This document shows, in pieces, positions 51,125 through 60,679 of a DNA stretch of 64,000 nt. Source of the DNA: Dehalococcoidia bacterium (GTDB lineage: Bacteria > Chloroflexota > Dehalococcoidia > UBA2979); NCBI GenBank assembly GCA_965262725.1, contig OZ253555.1, positions 1,376,001-1,440,000 on the forward strand, in the 5' to 3' direction. A program made the position numbers and the translations under genes. The notes below the pieces were generated by a model. That model was not told where the DNA came from and did no database searches. It saw only the letters and a program-made list of their open reading frames with translations. Each line of letters starts with the position of its first letter. Positions within the stretch are counted from its first letter, which is position 1.

Positions 51125-51898
51125 TCAATCACCTCCCGTCTGCGCCTCGAGCAGGGCGCGGTGCGGCGAGAGCCGCTGGCGGTAGCTATCGCCCTCGATC
51201 ACGATCTGGTAGCTGGCGTTGGCGAGGCGGTCGAGGGCGCTGTTGCCGAGGATCGGGTCGTCGAAGAGACCCAGCCATTCCTCCACGGCGCGGTTCGAGG
51301 TGATGACGAAGCTGGAGCTGCGGTGGCGCCCGATGACCAGCTCGTAGAGGTCGATGGACTGCTGCGCGCTGAGGCGATGGAGCCCGAGGTCGTCGAGGAT
51401 GAGCAGGTCGGGGGCGAGGAAGCTTCGGAAGACCTTCTCGGCCGAGTGGTCGACGCGGGCCTGCGCCATCTCGCGGAAGTAGTGGTCGGCCGGGGCGAAG
51501 CGGACGCTGCGTCCGGAGCGGACGGCTGAGTAGCCGAGCGCCTGGGCTAAGAAGCTCTTGCCGACGCCGACGGGGCCGACGAGCAGGACGTGCTCGCGGC
51601 GGTCGAGGAAGTGCAGCGAGAAGGCGGCGTCGAGCAGGCGGCGGTCGAGCCGGATGGCGGCCGCCCAGTCGAAGTCCTCGAGGCGGCAGAGCTGCTCGAA
51701 GCCGGCCTGGCGCAGGCGCAGCTCCAACCGCCCGTGGTCGCGGCGGCTCACCTCGTCGACGAGCAGGATCTGCAGGAAGTCCGCGTAGTCGAGGTGGTCG
51801 CGCCGCGCGAGGGCGATGCGCTCGGGCAGGGTGTCGAGCATACGGCCGAGCTTGAGGCGCTTGAGCAGCGGGCGGAGGTCTGAGGTGGTGGCGGTCAT
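51125..51898 (-). CDS. istB: IS21 helper ATPase IstB
   Basis: GPVGVGKS, LLILDDLG, ITSNR, ALDRL. Confidence 0.93.
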   Translation of the reverse strand: MTATTSDLRPLLKRLKLGRMLDTLPERIALARRDHLDYADFLQILLVDEVSRRDHGRLELRLRQAGFEQLCRLEDFDWAAAIRLDRRLLDAAFSLHFLDRREHVLLVGPVGVGKSFLAQALGYSAVRSGRSVRFAPADHYFREMAQARVDHSAEKVFRSFLAPDLLILDDLGLHRLSAQQSIDLYELVIGRHRSSSFVITSNRAVEEWLGLFDDPILGNSALDRLANASYQIVIEGDSYRQRLSPHRALLEAQTGGD

Positions 51899-53475
51899 CG
51901 TGGTGCTCCTGTCGGGGTCTGCGTGCGGGACTGGGCGAAGACGGAGCCCGAGCGGGCGAAGCGCCCCGGAGGCGGCGGCAGCTCGGGCTGGTCTGGGGTG
52001 CTCTCCTGGTCGAGGGCGCGGACGAGGATGCGCTCGAGGCGGCGCACGTCGATGAGGTCGACCTCGAGCGCGCGGCGGCAGGCGGCGTCGAGGCGGTCCG
52101 GGGAGTAGCGCTCGGCGAGGCGCAGCAGCTTGTGGCCCTGCCGCAGCTTCGCCCAGGGCAGGGAGCCCTCGAAGAGACGCTCGGCGTAGGCGCCCACGGC
52201 CTCCCCCAGCTCGGCGGCGCGGCGCTGTATCCAGTCGGGCGCCCGCCTGGTGTAGGGGGTGAGCTCGGCCGGGTAGTCGTTCGGGTCGGTGGCGCGGCCG
52301 CCCCGGCGCTGGCGCGGGTGGACCTTGATGAGCTGACCGCGGTGGTAGATGCGCACCAGCTTCGAGCCGAGCTGCACCTCGACCTTCTGGCGGGGCGGGC
52401 AGGCCATGGACGGCACCGAGTACAGAGCGTACTGGCAGGCGATGTGGTGGTCCGGGTGGACCGTGGCCGTCCGCCAGTCGGGGACCTCGTAGGGCTCGCC
52501 GTCCCAGGGAGCGAGCAGAGGGAGCTCCTCCTTCAGGAAGACCTCGAGCGGGCGCCGGCGTGTCGTGCCGTGGATGCGCTGCCCCGCCACCTCGAGGCAC
52601 CAGCTGCGGGCGGCGGAGCGCAGGTCGACGACGTCCCGGAAGTCGCCGCCCTTGAAGAGGCGCTCGCGCACGTAGGGGATGCTGCGTTCGACGCGCGGCT
52701 TGTCGCGGGGATGACGCACGCGCGCGGGGTCGGTGATGAAGCCTCTGTGGCGGGCGTACTCGAGGAAGCCCCGCGTGAAGCGCGGGTGCAGCGCGTCGGC
52801 CCCGGCGACGGCGGCCGGGAAGTTATCGATGACGAGGTAGCGCGGCACGCCCCCGAAGAAGGCCCAGGCCTCCTCCAGGCCCTCGATCACGGCGTCCAGC
52901 TTCTGGCTGGTGGTGGGCCACACAAAGCAGTGGCGGGAGTAGCGCCAGACGACGACCAGCGCCCACACCGCGCGCCGGCGGCCGCTCTCGGGGTCCCGGA
53001 TGAAGCCGAGGCGGCCGAAGTCCATCTCCGCCACCTCGCCCGGCGGCCCGTCGTCCATGCGCACGGTCGACGGCAGCCGGTGGCGCCAGCCGCGGCGCCG
53101 GATGAAACGCCGCAGCGTGGTGTAGGAGACCTCGCAGCCTCGTCCGGCGAGGAGCTCCTGGATGCGCGTCAGTTGCAGGCGGTCGGTCTCAAGCCAGCGC
53201 TCGATCTGCTCCGCCCAGGGCGAGAGCAGCTCCTCGCTCGGCGCCTCGACCTGCCGCGGGCCGGAGAGGCTCAGCGTCGCCAGCGCGGCGAGCTGCTCCT
53301 CACTCGGCTCGGGACCGCCCGGCGTGAGGCCGGCCGCCTCGGCCGCCTCGACGTAGCGGCGCACCGTCACGCGCGATAGCCCCGTGCCGCTGGCGATGCG
53401 GCGCTGGCTGAGCCCCGCCTGCCAGCGTCGAATGATCTCCTGGATCTCCACCCCGTGTACCTCCCGGTAGGCCAT
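51895..53475 (-). CDS. istA: IS21 transposase IstA
   Basis: EMDFG, IDN, KPRVER, HGTT. Confidence 0.93.
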   Translation of the reverse strand: MAYREVHGVEIQEIIRRWQAGLSQRRIASGTGLSRVTVRRYVEAAEAAGLTPGGPEPSEEQLAALATLSLSGPRQVEAPSEELLSPWAEQIERWLETDRLQLTRIQELLAGRGCEVSYTTLRRFIRRRGWRHRLPSTVRMDDGPPGEVAEMDFGRLGFIRDPESGRRRAVWALVVVWRYSRHCFVWPTTSQKLDAVIEGLEEAWAFFGGVPRYLVIDNFPAAVAGADALHPRFTRGFLEYARHRGFITDPARVRHPRDKPRVERSIPYVRERLFKGGDFRDVVDLRSAARSWCLEVAGQRIHGTTRRRPLEVFLKEELPLLAPWDGEPYEVPDWRTATVHPDHHIACQYALYSVPSMACPPRQKVEVQLGSKLVRIYHRGQLIKVHPRQRRGGRATDPNDYPAELTPYTRRAPDWIQRRAAELGEAVGAYAERLFEGSLPWAKLRQGHKLLRLAERYSPDRLDAACRRALEVDLIDVRRLERILVRALDQESTPDQPELPPPPGRFARSGSVFAQSRTQTPTGAPR

Positions 53476-53633
53476 CGCTGCTCCCTCCGCTGGGGATGCA
53501 GGCGATGGTGGCCGTACCGGCGACCCGGGCGGGCAGGAGTCCCTGACGGGGTGGATCAATGACCCTGGCGAAGTGGATCAATGACCCTGGCGATCTGGCG
53601 ATTTCGTGGTCTATAGACCTTGGCGATTCACAC

Positions 53634-54185
53634 ATGACCGACGCCTGGGGCGCTGTGGAGGCCGTGAGCAGCAGCCCGAAGCACGCGATGGCGAAGCCAA
53701 GCCGACGCCGCATCCGCCTGCTCGCGGGACTGGGCGTTGAGGGCGATGCCCACCAGGGCACCACCGTGCAACACCGCTCGCGCGTGGCCCGCGACCCCGA
53801 ACAGCCCAACCTCAGGCAGGTCCACCTGATCCACGCCGAACTGTTCGCCGAACTGCGGGCGGCGGGCTTCTCGATCACCGCCGGCCAGATGGGGGAGAAC
53901 ATCACGACCCGTGGTATCGACCTCCTGGGCATGCCGCGCGGCGCCAGACTCAGGCTCGGCGATGCCGCTGTCGTCGAGATCGCCGGCCTGCGCAATCCCT
54001 GTAGTCAACTGGACGATCTACAGTCGGGACTCATGGCGGCTGTCCTCGAGCGGGACCGGGACGGCGATCTGGTCCGAAAGGCCGGCGTCATGTCGATTGT
54101 GCTGGCCGGGGGCGACGTCCAGCCTGGTGACCCCATCTCTGTCGAGTGGCCGCCCGGACCTCACCACCGTCTTGGGGTCGTCTAG
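53634..54185 (+). CDS. MOSC domain protein
   Basis: GVEGDAH, RQVHLI, GENITT, RNPC..LD. Confidence 0.88.
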   Translation: MTDAWGAVEAVSSSPKHAMAKPSRRRIRLLAGLGVEGDAHQGTTVQHRSRVARDPEQPNLRQVHLIHAELFAELRAAGFSITAGQMGENITTRGIDLLGMPRGARLRLGDAAVVEIAGLRNPCSQLDDLQSGLMAAVLERDRDGDLVRKAGVMSIVLAGGDVQPGDPISVEWPPGPHHRLGVV

Positions 54186-54282
54186 CAAGTCTCAGCGGCG
54201 AGCGTCCGGACGGTGTCGCCCCGCCCACTGGAGACGGAACCCGCGTTCCGCGGGCGCGGACCGTGCTCCCGGCCGGATGCGG

Positions 54283-55560
54283 TCAATGGCCCGCGGCGAG
54301 CGCCTCGGTCTCCGCGTCGTAGCGCTCGCCGACGGCGTGGACAGCCCGGAGGTGCTCGATCTCCGCGCCGGAGTAGCCGAGCTCTGCGAGTACCTCGGCG
54401 TTGTGCTCGCCGACCATCGCGCTCGGGCGCTCGTAGCATGCGGTGTCGGGCTCCATCCTCCAGAGGAAGCCCGGCAACAGCCGCGTCCCCAGGTAGGGCT
54501 GCGCGACCGGGTGGAACCAGCCACGCGCCTGCAGCTGGGGCGACGGGAGCATCGCCGAGGGTTCGACCACCGGGGCGGCGATCACACCGGCCGCCTGCAG
54601 CTCGTCCGCTGCCTCCAGGCGGCTGCGTGACGAACTCCACGCCGCGACCTCCGCGTTGATCTCCGCGCGGGCGCGGAGTCGCCCCGTGACGCTCGCCCAT
54701 GGATGGCCGTCGTCCGCCCACTCGGGATGGCCGAGCACGCGGGCGAGCCCCGCCCACTGCCGATCGGTCTCGGCGGCGACCGCGACCCAGCGCACGGCGC
54801 CCCTCTCGCTCTTCGTCGGGTAGCAGCCGTGTGGCACCGCGTAGGGCGAGGCGTTGCCGGTCGAAGGGGCTACCCTTCCGGTCAGTATCCAGCTGCCCAG
54901 CTGTCCCGCGAGGTACCAGGCGAAGGCCTCGGAGTGCGAGAGATCGATGAACGACCCCTGCCCCGTTAGCTCGCGCCGGCGCAGCGCGAGCAGGGAGGCG
55001 AAGGCAACCGCGACCGGGGCGCTCGCGTCGGTCGCGACCGTCCCCGGGATCTCCTCGATCGGACGGCCGCCTCCGCGTGCGAGCGTGTGCCCCATCGTGG
55101 CCTCGACCTGCGATCCGAGCGCGACGTAGCCGTGGTAGGGGCCGCGCACGCCCCAGGCTGGCATCGAGATCATCGAGATCCGCGGGTTGGCGGCTCTGAC
55201 CTCCTCCCAGCCGAAGCCGGCGCGCTGAATCGCCCCCGCCGCGAAGCCCTCCACCAGGACGTCGGCGCTCCGGAGGAGCCGCCGGAAGACCTCCGCCCCC
55301 TCTGGCGAACGAATGTCGACGGCGACGTTGCGCTTGTTGCGGTTACCTTGGATCTGCGCGGTCACGCGCTCGTAGACCGGTCCCGGGCCGTCGGCGACGC
55401 GGGCATCGGGGACGAGCGGGCGCGTCAGCGACCGGCGCGGGAACGACTCGACCTTGACGACGTCGGCGCCCATGTCCCCGAGCAGCGAGGCGCCGAAGGG
55501 CCCCGCCCACACCTCGGCAAGGTCTATGACCCGCACCCCCGCGAGCGCGCGGCCGGCCAC
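54283..55560 (-). CDS. Family III CoA-transferase (paralog of 11399-12649)
   Basis: NRNKRNVAVD, ATDASA, PHGCYP. Confidence 0.88.
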   Translation of the reverse strand: MAGRALAGVRVIDLAEVWAGPFGASLLGDMGADVVKVESFPRRSLTRPLVPDARVADGPGPVYERVTAQIQGNRNKRNVAVDIRSPEGAEVFRRLLRSADVLVEGFAAGAIQRAGFGWEEVRAANPRISMISMPAWGVRGPYHGYVALGSQVEATMGHTLARGGGRPIEEIPGTVATDASAPVAVAFASLLALRRRELTGQGSFIDLSHSEAFAWYLAGQLGSWILTGRVAPSTGNASPYAVPHGCYPTKSERGAVRWVAVAAETDRQWAGLARVLGHPEWADDGHPWASVTGRLRARAEINAEVAAWSSSRSRLEAADELQAAGVIAAPVVEPSAMLPSPQLQARGWFHPVAQPYLGTRLLPGFLWRMEPDTACYERPSAMVGEHNAEVLAELGYSGAEIEHLRAVHAVGERYDAETEALAAGH

Positions 55561-55569
55561 GCGGGCGGC

Positions 55570-56424
55570 CTAGATCCCGGGGTCGTCTAGGAAGGCTAGG
55601 ATCTCGCGCGACCAGAGTTCGGGATCGACCCGCCAGTCGTACTGGTTCCGGGCCGGTGGGCGGATCCCCCGCGCTCGTGGGATGTCGGCCACCATTCGGT
55701 CGTGCGCGCGGCCGAGCTCGCTGCTCGTGCCGTGGATCACGAGCGTCGGCGCCTGGATCGATGGGAGCGCCTCCCAGGTGTTGTAGTGACACATCGACCA
55801 CGGCGCGGCGCCACCCCAGGTCATCCCGTCGTAGACGGCAGTCGGATCCCCGGAATGCGCCTTCATCGAGTCCATGAAGGCCTGTCGTATGTCGTCCTCG
55901 GTGCGCGGCATCCCCTCGCCGCCCGCCCAGGAGTGCGCTTGCTGCCAGCTCTCGGCGAGGTGGCTGCCGTCCTCCCGCTCGGGGTGCTGGTGCAGCCGCT
56001 GGTGGACTGCGAAGCGCGACGGCGTACCCCAGTTGAAGAGCTCCTCGACGATCAGCTTGTCGACCCGCTCCGGCCACGCCGCGGCGACCCCGGTCGCGAC
56101 CACGGCCCCCGTGTGCGAGCCGAAGACGCTGGCCCGATCCAGGCCGAGGCCGTCCATCAGCCAGACCACGGCTTGGGCGAACTCATCGATGCTCTTGTAG
56201 GGACGGGGTGGTCGATCCGACTCCCCGTAGCCCATCGTCGACATCGCGATCGCGCGCACGCGGTCCTGCAGGTAGGGGAACGCCCCCTGGTACTGTGCCG
56301 AGGAGCTCGGCGTGCTGTGGAGCAGGATCAGGGGAGGCCCCGCCCCCGACTCCCGGTACTCGATGTTGCCGTGCGGGCTGTGGACGAAGCCGCGCTTCAC
56401 GTAGCCGTAGGTCTGTGTGCTCAC
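55570..56424 (-). CDS. Alpha/beta-hydrolase fold protein with atypical elbow
   Basis: KRGFVHSPHGNIEY, GYGESD, GSHTG. Confidence 0.8.
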   Translation of the reverse strand: MSTQTYGYVKRGFVHSPHGNIEYRESGAGPPLILLHSTPSSSAQYQGAFPYLQDRVRAIAMSTMGYGESDRPPRPYKSIDEFAQAVVWLMDGLGLDRASVFGSHTGAVVATGVAAAWPERVDKLIVEELFNWGTPSRFAVHQRLHQHPEREDGSHLAESWQQAHSWAGGEGMPRTEDDIRQAFMDSMKAHSGDPTAVYDGMTWGGAAPWSMCHYNTWEALPSIQAPTLVIHGTSSELGRAHDRMVADIPRARGIRPPARNQYDWRVDPELWSREILAFLDDPGI

Positions 56425-56708
56425 CCGGATGTCCCCCGCTGCGCCAGGATCCGGATCCCGCGACGGGGTGCCCCGGCCCGCCCCGCCGGTCCCGGGAGGT
56501 GTCCGCCGCAGGCGGGTCAGCCCCGGGACATGAGCCTAGCGCTCCGGCCCCCGGCCGTACAACACGAGCCCCGGGCGTACGCCTGCCGGCACACCCTGGC
56601 GTTCCTGTTCCTGAGCTGGAGCCGCTTCGAGTCGATTCCGCGATCCGACCGCAAGCCTGCGCCGCACACACCTGGTGACTCCGAGGCCGGGATGCGCCCT
56701 GGCCTCGT

Positions 56709-57203
56709 CTACTCCTCCGTCCACGGCGCGCTCGTCGGTTTGGTCAACCGCTGGAGGATCTCCGCCCCCGACGCGTCAAGCTCCGCCTCACTGAGTACCT
56801 CCTGAAGCGACTCGAACAGCACGCGCTCCTCCCACCGGATGTGCGTGCGGAGCAACTCCCCGAACGTCGCGAGGGCCTCGCGGCGCTCCTCGTCGCCCGC
56901 AGCGTCGCGCATGCGTGCCACGAGGGCCTCCATCCCGAGGTGGTCGCGCTGCAGTCGCCGCACGCGCTCGTCGTCGTCCGGCACGTGGCGAACGAGGCGT
57001 GCGATGAGGCACTCGGTCTCCGTGTGGAAGTGCGGCAGCAGCCCGCGTGCCCAGAAGCGCAGCAGGTCGCCATAGAGGGTCGCGAGCTTGGTGTCGCCGG
57101 TCTCGGCGTCGGTTTCGGGCAACTCGCGCTCGAGACGCAGCGCAAAGGCGAGCCCGTGGTGGTGCTCTTCGGAGAGGCGGATGAGTCTCGGATCGCGTTT
57201 CAT
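56709..57203 (-). CDS. Hemerythrin HHE-domain protein
   Basis: LSEEHHHGL, HFHTE, RDH, HIRWEERVLF. Confidence 0.8.
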   Translation of the reverse strand: MKRDPRLIRLSEEHHHGLAFALRLERELPETDAETGDTKLATLYGDLLRFWARGLLPHFHTETECLIARLVRHVPDDDERVRRLQRDHLGMEALVARMRDAAGDEERREALATFGELLRTHIRWEERVLFESLQEVLSEAELDASGAEILQRLTKPTSAPWTEE

Positions 57204-57254
57204 CGGTCCGGTGGCGCCAAGTTACATAACGTCACGATTCTCTCTTGGGAGAAT

Positions 57255-57304
57255 TGGTAACAGGGGAAGGACGCGAACCTACGACCAGGGGCCTATGAGA
57301 CCCC
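57255..57304 (-). pseudogene. tRNA-Met(CAT) 3'-half remnant, probable island attachment site
   Basis: Minus strand reads ggggt-CTCATAG-gcccc tggtc gtagg-TTCGCGT-ccttc ccctgtt a CCA; no D-arm. Confidence 0.7.
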
Positions 57305-57570
57305 AAGGATCCGTCCCCGTTGCTCCCCAGGAATGCCATTCTGTCCCGCTCCAATCGGGGATCTGGTTATCTCTGTCACGCCGCGTCCCTAACGGTACCG
57401 TCCCGTGGTCTCCTGTTAATCCCCACGAGACCCCCAAACCGATCCCCGAGTGCTGCCTACCTGGGCAATCCGATCGTAGCGTCCGCTACCGCGGTCAAGG
57501 TGAGGCCCTGGAAGCGTGCGAGCGCGCGTTCCCCTCGGCGACTCTAGGGTGGGGACGCGACGGGGGATAG

Positions 57571-59331
57571 GTGATGGCCACGGCGGTCGATAACGAGCAC
57601 GTCCGCTACGAACCGGAAGAGAGCCCGCCGCGGCTGATCGCACTCGGGGCAGGCGCCCAGGCGGCGATGCTCATCGTCGCTCCGGTGGTGCTGACCGTGG
57701 TCGTGGTCGTTCGCATCGCGGAGGCGTCCGAGAGCTACCTGACGTGGGCCGTATTCGCCGCGATGGTCGTCTGTGGCCTGACCACCGTCCTCCAGGCCGC
57801 GCGATGGGGCCGCTTCGGCTCGGGGCATGTGCTGATCATGGGCACGTCCGGGGCCTTCATCGCAGTCTGTGTGGCGGCGTTGGAACTGGCCGGCCCATCG
57901 ACGTTGGCCAGCCTTGTGCTCATCTCGTCCCTATTCCAGTTCATGCTGGCGGCCCGGCTCTCGCTGCTCCGGCGCATCTTCACGCCGGTTGTGACGGGCA
58001 CGGTGATCATGCTCATTGCCGCCACTGTGGCGCCGGTGATCTACGACTCTCTGGACGACGTGCCAGAGGGCACAGACGCCGCCGCCGCGCCGTGGGTCGC
58101 CGGGGTGACCCTGGCCGTCATGGTGGCCATGGTGCTCCGAGCACCGCCCCCGCTGCGGCTGTGGTCTCCGGTGGCCGGCATCGCGGCCGGGTGCGCGGTG
58201 GGCGCTCCGTTCGGCCTGTACGACCTCGGGACCGTCGGTGACGCCGCCTGGTTCGGCGTGCCGTTCCACGACTGGCCCGGCTTGGACCTCACGCCCGGTG
58301 CCGACTTCTGGGCGCTGCTCCCTGCCTTCGTCGTGGTGACGCTGGTGGGCGCCATCGAGACCATCGGCGACGGCGTGGCCATCCAGCGCATCTCACGCCG
58401 CCGGCCGCGTGCGACCGATTTCCGGGTGGTGCAGGGTGCTCTCAACGCCGATGGCCTGGGCAATCTGCTCTCCGGGGTGGGCGGTACTCTGCCGAACACC
58501 ACGTACTCCACCAGCATCTCGCTTGCCGAAGTCACGGGCATCGGCGCGCGGCGGGTGGGCGTGATCATCGGCCTCATCATCTTCGCCCTCGCATTCCTTC
58601 CCAAGTTCGCGGCGTTGCTCATCGCCATCCCGGGGCCGGTCGCCGCTGCCTACCTTCTCGTCCTCATCGCGCTGCTCTTCGTGCAGGGCATGAAGATCGT
58701 CATCCAGGATGGCGTTGATCATCGCAAGGCGGCGGTGGTCGGGCTGGCCTTCTGGATTGGCGTGGGCTTCCAGAACGGGTGGGTGTTTTCGGACCAGCTG
58801 GGCAGTGGATTCCTCGGCATTCTGCTGGGCAATGGCATGACGTCCGGAGCGATGGTCGCCGTCATCATGGTCGCGTTCCTGGAGCTGACCGGCCCCCGGC
58901 GCAGGCAACTGCGCATCGAGATGGATGAAGAGACTCTCCCCATGCTCGGCGATTTTCTCCGGGGATTCGCGACGAATGCCGGGTGGACCGACGCGTCGGC
59001 CGAGCGGCTGGTGCTGGTGGGAGAGGAGACGCTGCACAGCATGGCGGCCGACGATGACGACCCGGACCTGGCGAGCGGACGACGCCTGGCGGTCACCGCC
59101 CGCTCCGTGGGCGGCGCCGCCGAGCTGGAATTCATCTCCGCAACAGAGGAAGAGAATCTCGAGGACAGGCTTGCCTACATGGGCGAGAACCCGGACATCT
59201 CAGACGGTCGCGACCTCTCCTTCCACCTGCTGCGCCACCTCTCCTCATCCGTCTCCCATCAGAAATACCACGGCGTAGACATCGTCTCCGTCAGCGTCAC
59301 CAACCTGAAGACCCGAGAGGAGGGGACGTAG
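57571..59331 (+). CDS. NCS2 xanthine/uracil permease with C-terminal RsbW/HATPase-like domain
   Basis: ETIGD, ADGLGNLLSG, PNTTYS; soluble tail of ~145 aa. Confidence 0.82.
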   Translation: MMATAVDNEHVRYEPEESPPRLIALGAGAQAAMLIVAPVVLTVVVVVRIAEASESYLTWAVFAAMVVCGLTTVLQAARWGRFGSGHVLIMGTSGAFIAVCVAALELAGPSTLASLVLISSLFQFMLAARLSLLRRIFTPVVTGTVIMLIAATVAPVIYDSLDDVPEGTDAAAAPWVAGVTLAVMVAMVLRAPPPLRLWSPVAGIAAGCAVGAPFGLYDLGTVGDAAWFGVPFHDWPGLDLTPGADFWALLPAFVVVTLVGAIETIGDGVAIQRISRRRPRATDFRVVQGALNADGLGNLLSGVGGTLPNTTYSTSISLAEVTGIGARRVGVIIGLIIFALAFLPKFAALLIAIPGPVAAAYLLVLIALLFVQGMKIVIQDGVDHRKAAVVGLAFWIGVGFQNGWVFSDQLGSGFLGILLGNGMTSGAMVAVIMVAFLELTGPRRRQLRIEMDEETLPMLGDFLRGFATNAGWTDASAERLVLVGEETLHSMAADDDDPDLASGRRLAVTARSVGGAAELEFISATEEENLEDRLAYMGENPDISDGRDLSFHLLRHLSSSVSHQKYHGVDIVSVSVTNLKTREEGT

Positions 59332-59530
59332 GGGGTGGGGCGAGGACCAATCAACTCTCCGTGCCAGGCACGCGGATAGCATCGGATCCACACGGTGCGG
59401 GTGCGGTACACGCTCAATACCGCGTGCTGGCTGGTCGTGACGACCAGGACCGGCGAATTCGATCTGGCGGGCACTACCATGACCAGCCAGTGCTCGCTCA
59501 AGGGACACCTGTGACGAATGGGGTGGTGCG

Positions 59531-59920
59531 ATGCTGACAGTCCAACGCATCTATCTGGGCCTGATGGGAACGCTGTTTCTGGTGTCGGGGGTCTACGCGT
59601 ACATCGACCCCGCGGGGATGGGGGAGGCGCTCGGAATCGGCATCGTCGATCCATCCGGGACAACGGAGATCAGGGCGACCTATGGCGGGCTCGTCGTTGG
59701 ATCCGGCCTCCTGCTTCTGTCGGGCCTCTTCTCCCGAGTTCTGGCGGTCGCAGCCCTTGCCGGGACAGTGTTCGGCGCCGGTGGTCTGGTGAGTACGCGG
59801 ATCGCGCTGGAGATCGTCGGCGGAGGCTTCTCGGCCAACCAGTTGATCGTGGTCGTGTTCGAAATCGCGCTCGTCTCGCTGGCCTACGTTCTGCTGCGCC
59901 GTGCGATGAAGGATCTCTAG
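59531..59920 (+). CDS. DUF4345-like membrane protein
   Basis: TEIRATYGG, four hydrophobic helices. Confidence 0.65.
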   Translation: MLTVQRIYLGLMGTLFLVSGVYAYIDPAGMGEALGIGIVDPSGTTEIRATYGGLVVGSGLLLLSGLFSRVLAVAALAGTVFGAGGLVSTRIALEIVGGGFSANQLIVVVFEIALVSLAYVLLRRAMKDL

Positions 59921-60178
59921 CGCCGCCCCAGATGGAAGCGGGAACGCCAGACCCGCGCGGTCGGTCCGAGGCTCCTCGCCGTCCGGCAGCGGGGGCCCCA
60001 ACACGGGGGTGACGCTGCTACTGGCGAGCAGCGAAGCGGGCCCTGACGCCTCCGAGGCCATCGCTGATCTCGCCGGGCAGGTCATCGCGCAGAGGACCAC
60101 GAGCCTCGAGGAAGACTATCTGGCCCTCCTCTCCGCGGCGTAGGCTGGGAGGCGAGCTGAGTCGACCCGGAGGGACTC

Positions 60179-60679
60179 ATGCGCACCCGGCACGCCGCCC
60201 GAATCGTTGCGATCAGCCCCGACAATGAGGTGCTCCTGCTCCGGTACCGGCATGAGCATTCGATCGATCCCGCGAGGCCAGAACTCCTGGAGTACTGGGT
60301 GCCTCCCGGTGGTGGTCTTCGCACTGGCGAGTCCTTTGAGGACGCGGCGCTGCGAGAACTTGAAGAGGAGACGGGGATCCAGGCACCCGGCGTGTGGTCC
60401 TGGGTGTGGACGAGGAGGCTCACGCTGAGATACCAGGGTGAGGACTGGCTACAGGTCGAGCGCTACTTCGTCACGCGGGTGTCTCCGCCGGACACCCTGC
60501 GCAACTCCACCGAGGAGGAGGAGATCGCGGACATGCGGTGGTGGTCGTTGGAATCCTTGCGGGAAGCCGACGCGGTGGTCTTCCCCGAACCCTTCCCAGA
60601 ACTCGTCGAACCACTTCTCAACGGTGAGCTGCCGCCAGGACCACTGGAAATCGGGTTGGGCGCCAGCTCAGCGGGGTGA
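60179..60679 (+). CDS. NUDIX hydrolase
   Basis: PGGG..GESFEDAALRELEEETG. Confidence 0.9.
   Translation: MRTRHAARIVAISPDNEVLLLRYRHEHSIDPARPELLEYWVPPGGGLRTGESFEDAALRELEEETGIQAPGVWSWVWTRRLTLRYQGEDWLQVERYFVTRVSPPDTLRNSTEEEEIADMRWWSLESLREADAVVFPEPFPELVEPLLNGELPPGPLEIGLGASSAG

Larger units (their letters stand above)
46485..53632 (-). mobile_element. IS21-family element carrying nested insertions
   Basis: TG..CA ends; repeated gtggatcaatgaccctggcga at both ends in inverted orientation; CATG duplication 46481-84/53633-36; istAB. Confidence 0.92.

Noticed and set aside
53548-53632. Tandem ~21-bp repeats resembling a mini-CRISPR or iterons
   Set aside because: No spacers; the same motif is inverted at 46485-46536, as expected for IS21 terminal transposase-binding repeats
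57255-57321. Functional canonical tRNA-Met gene
   Set aside because: No D-arm and a mismatched T stem; reported as a remnant instead
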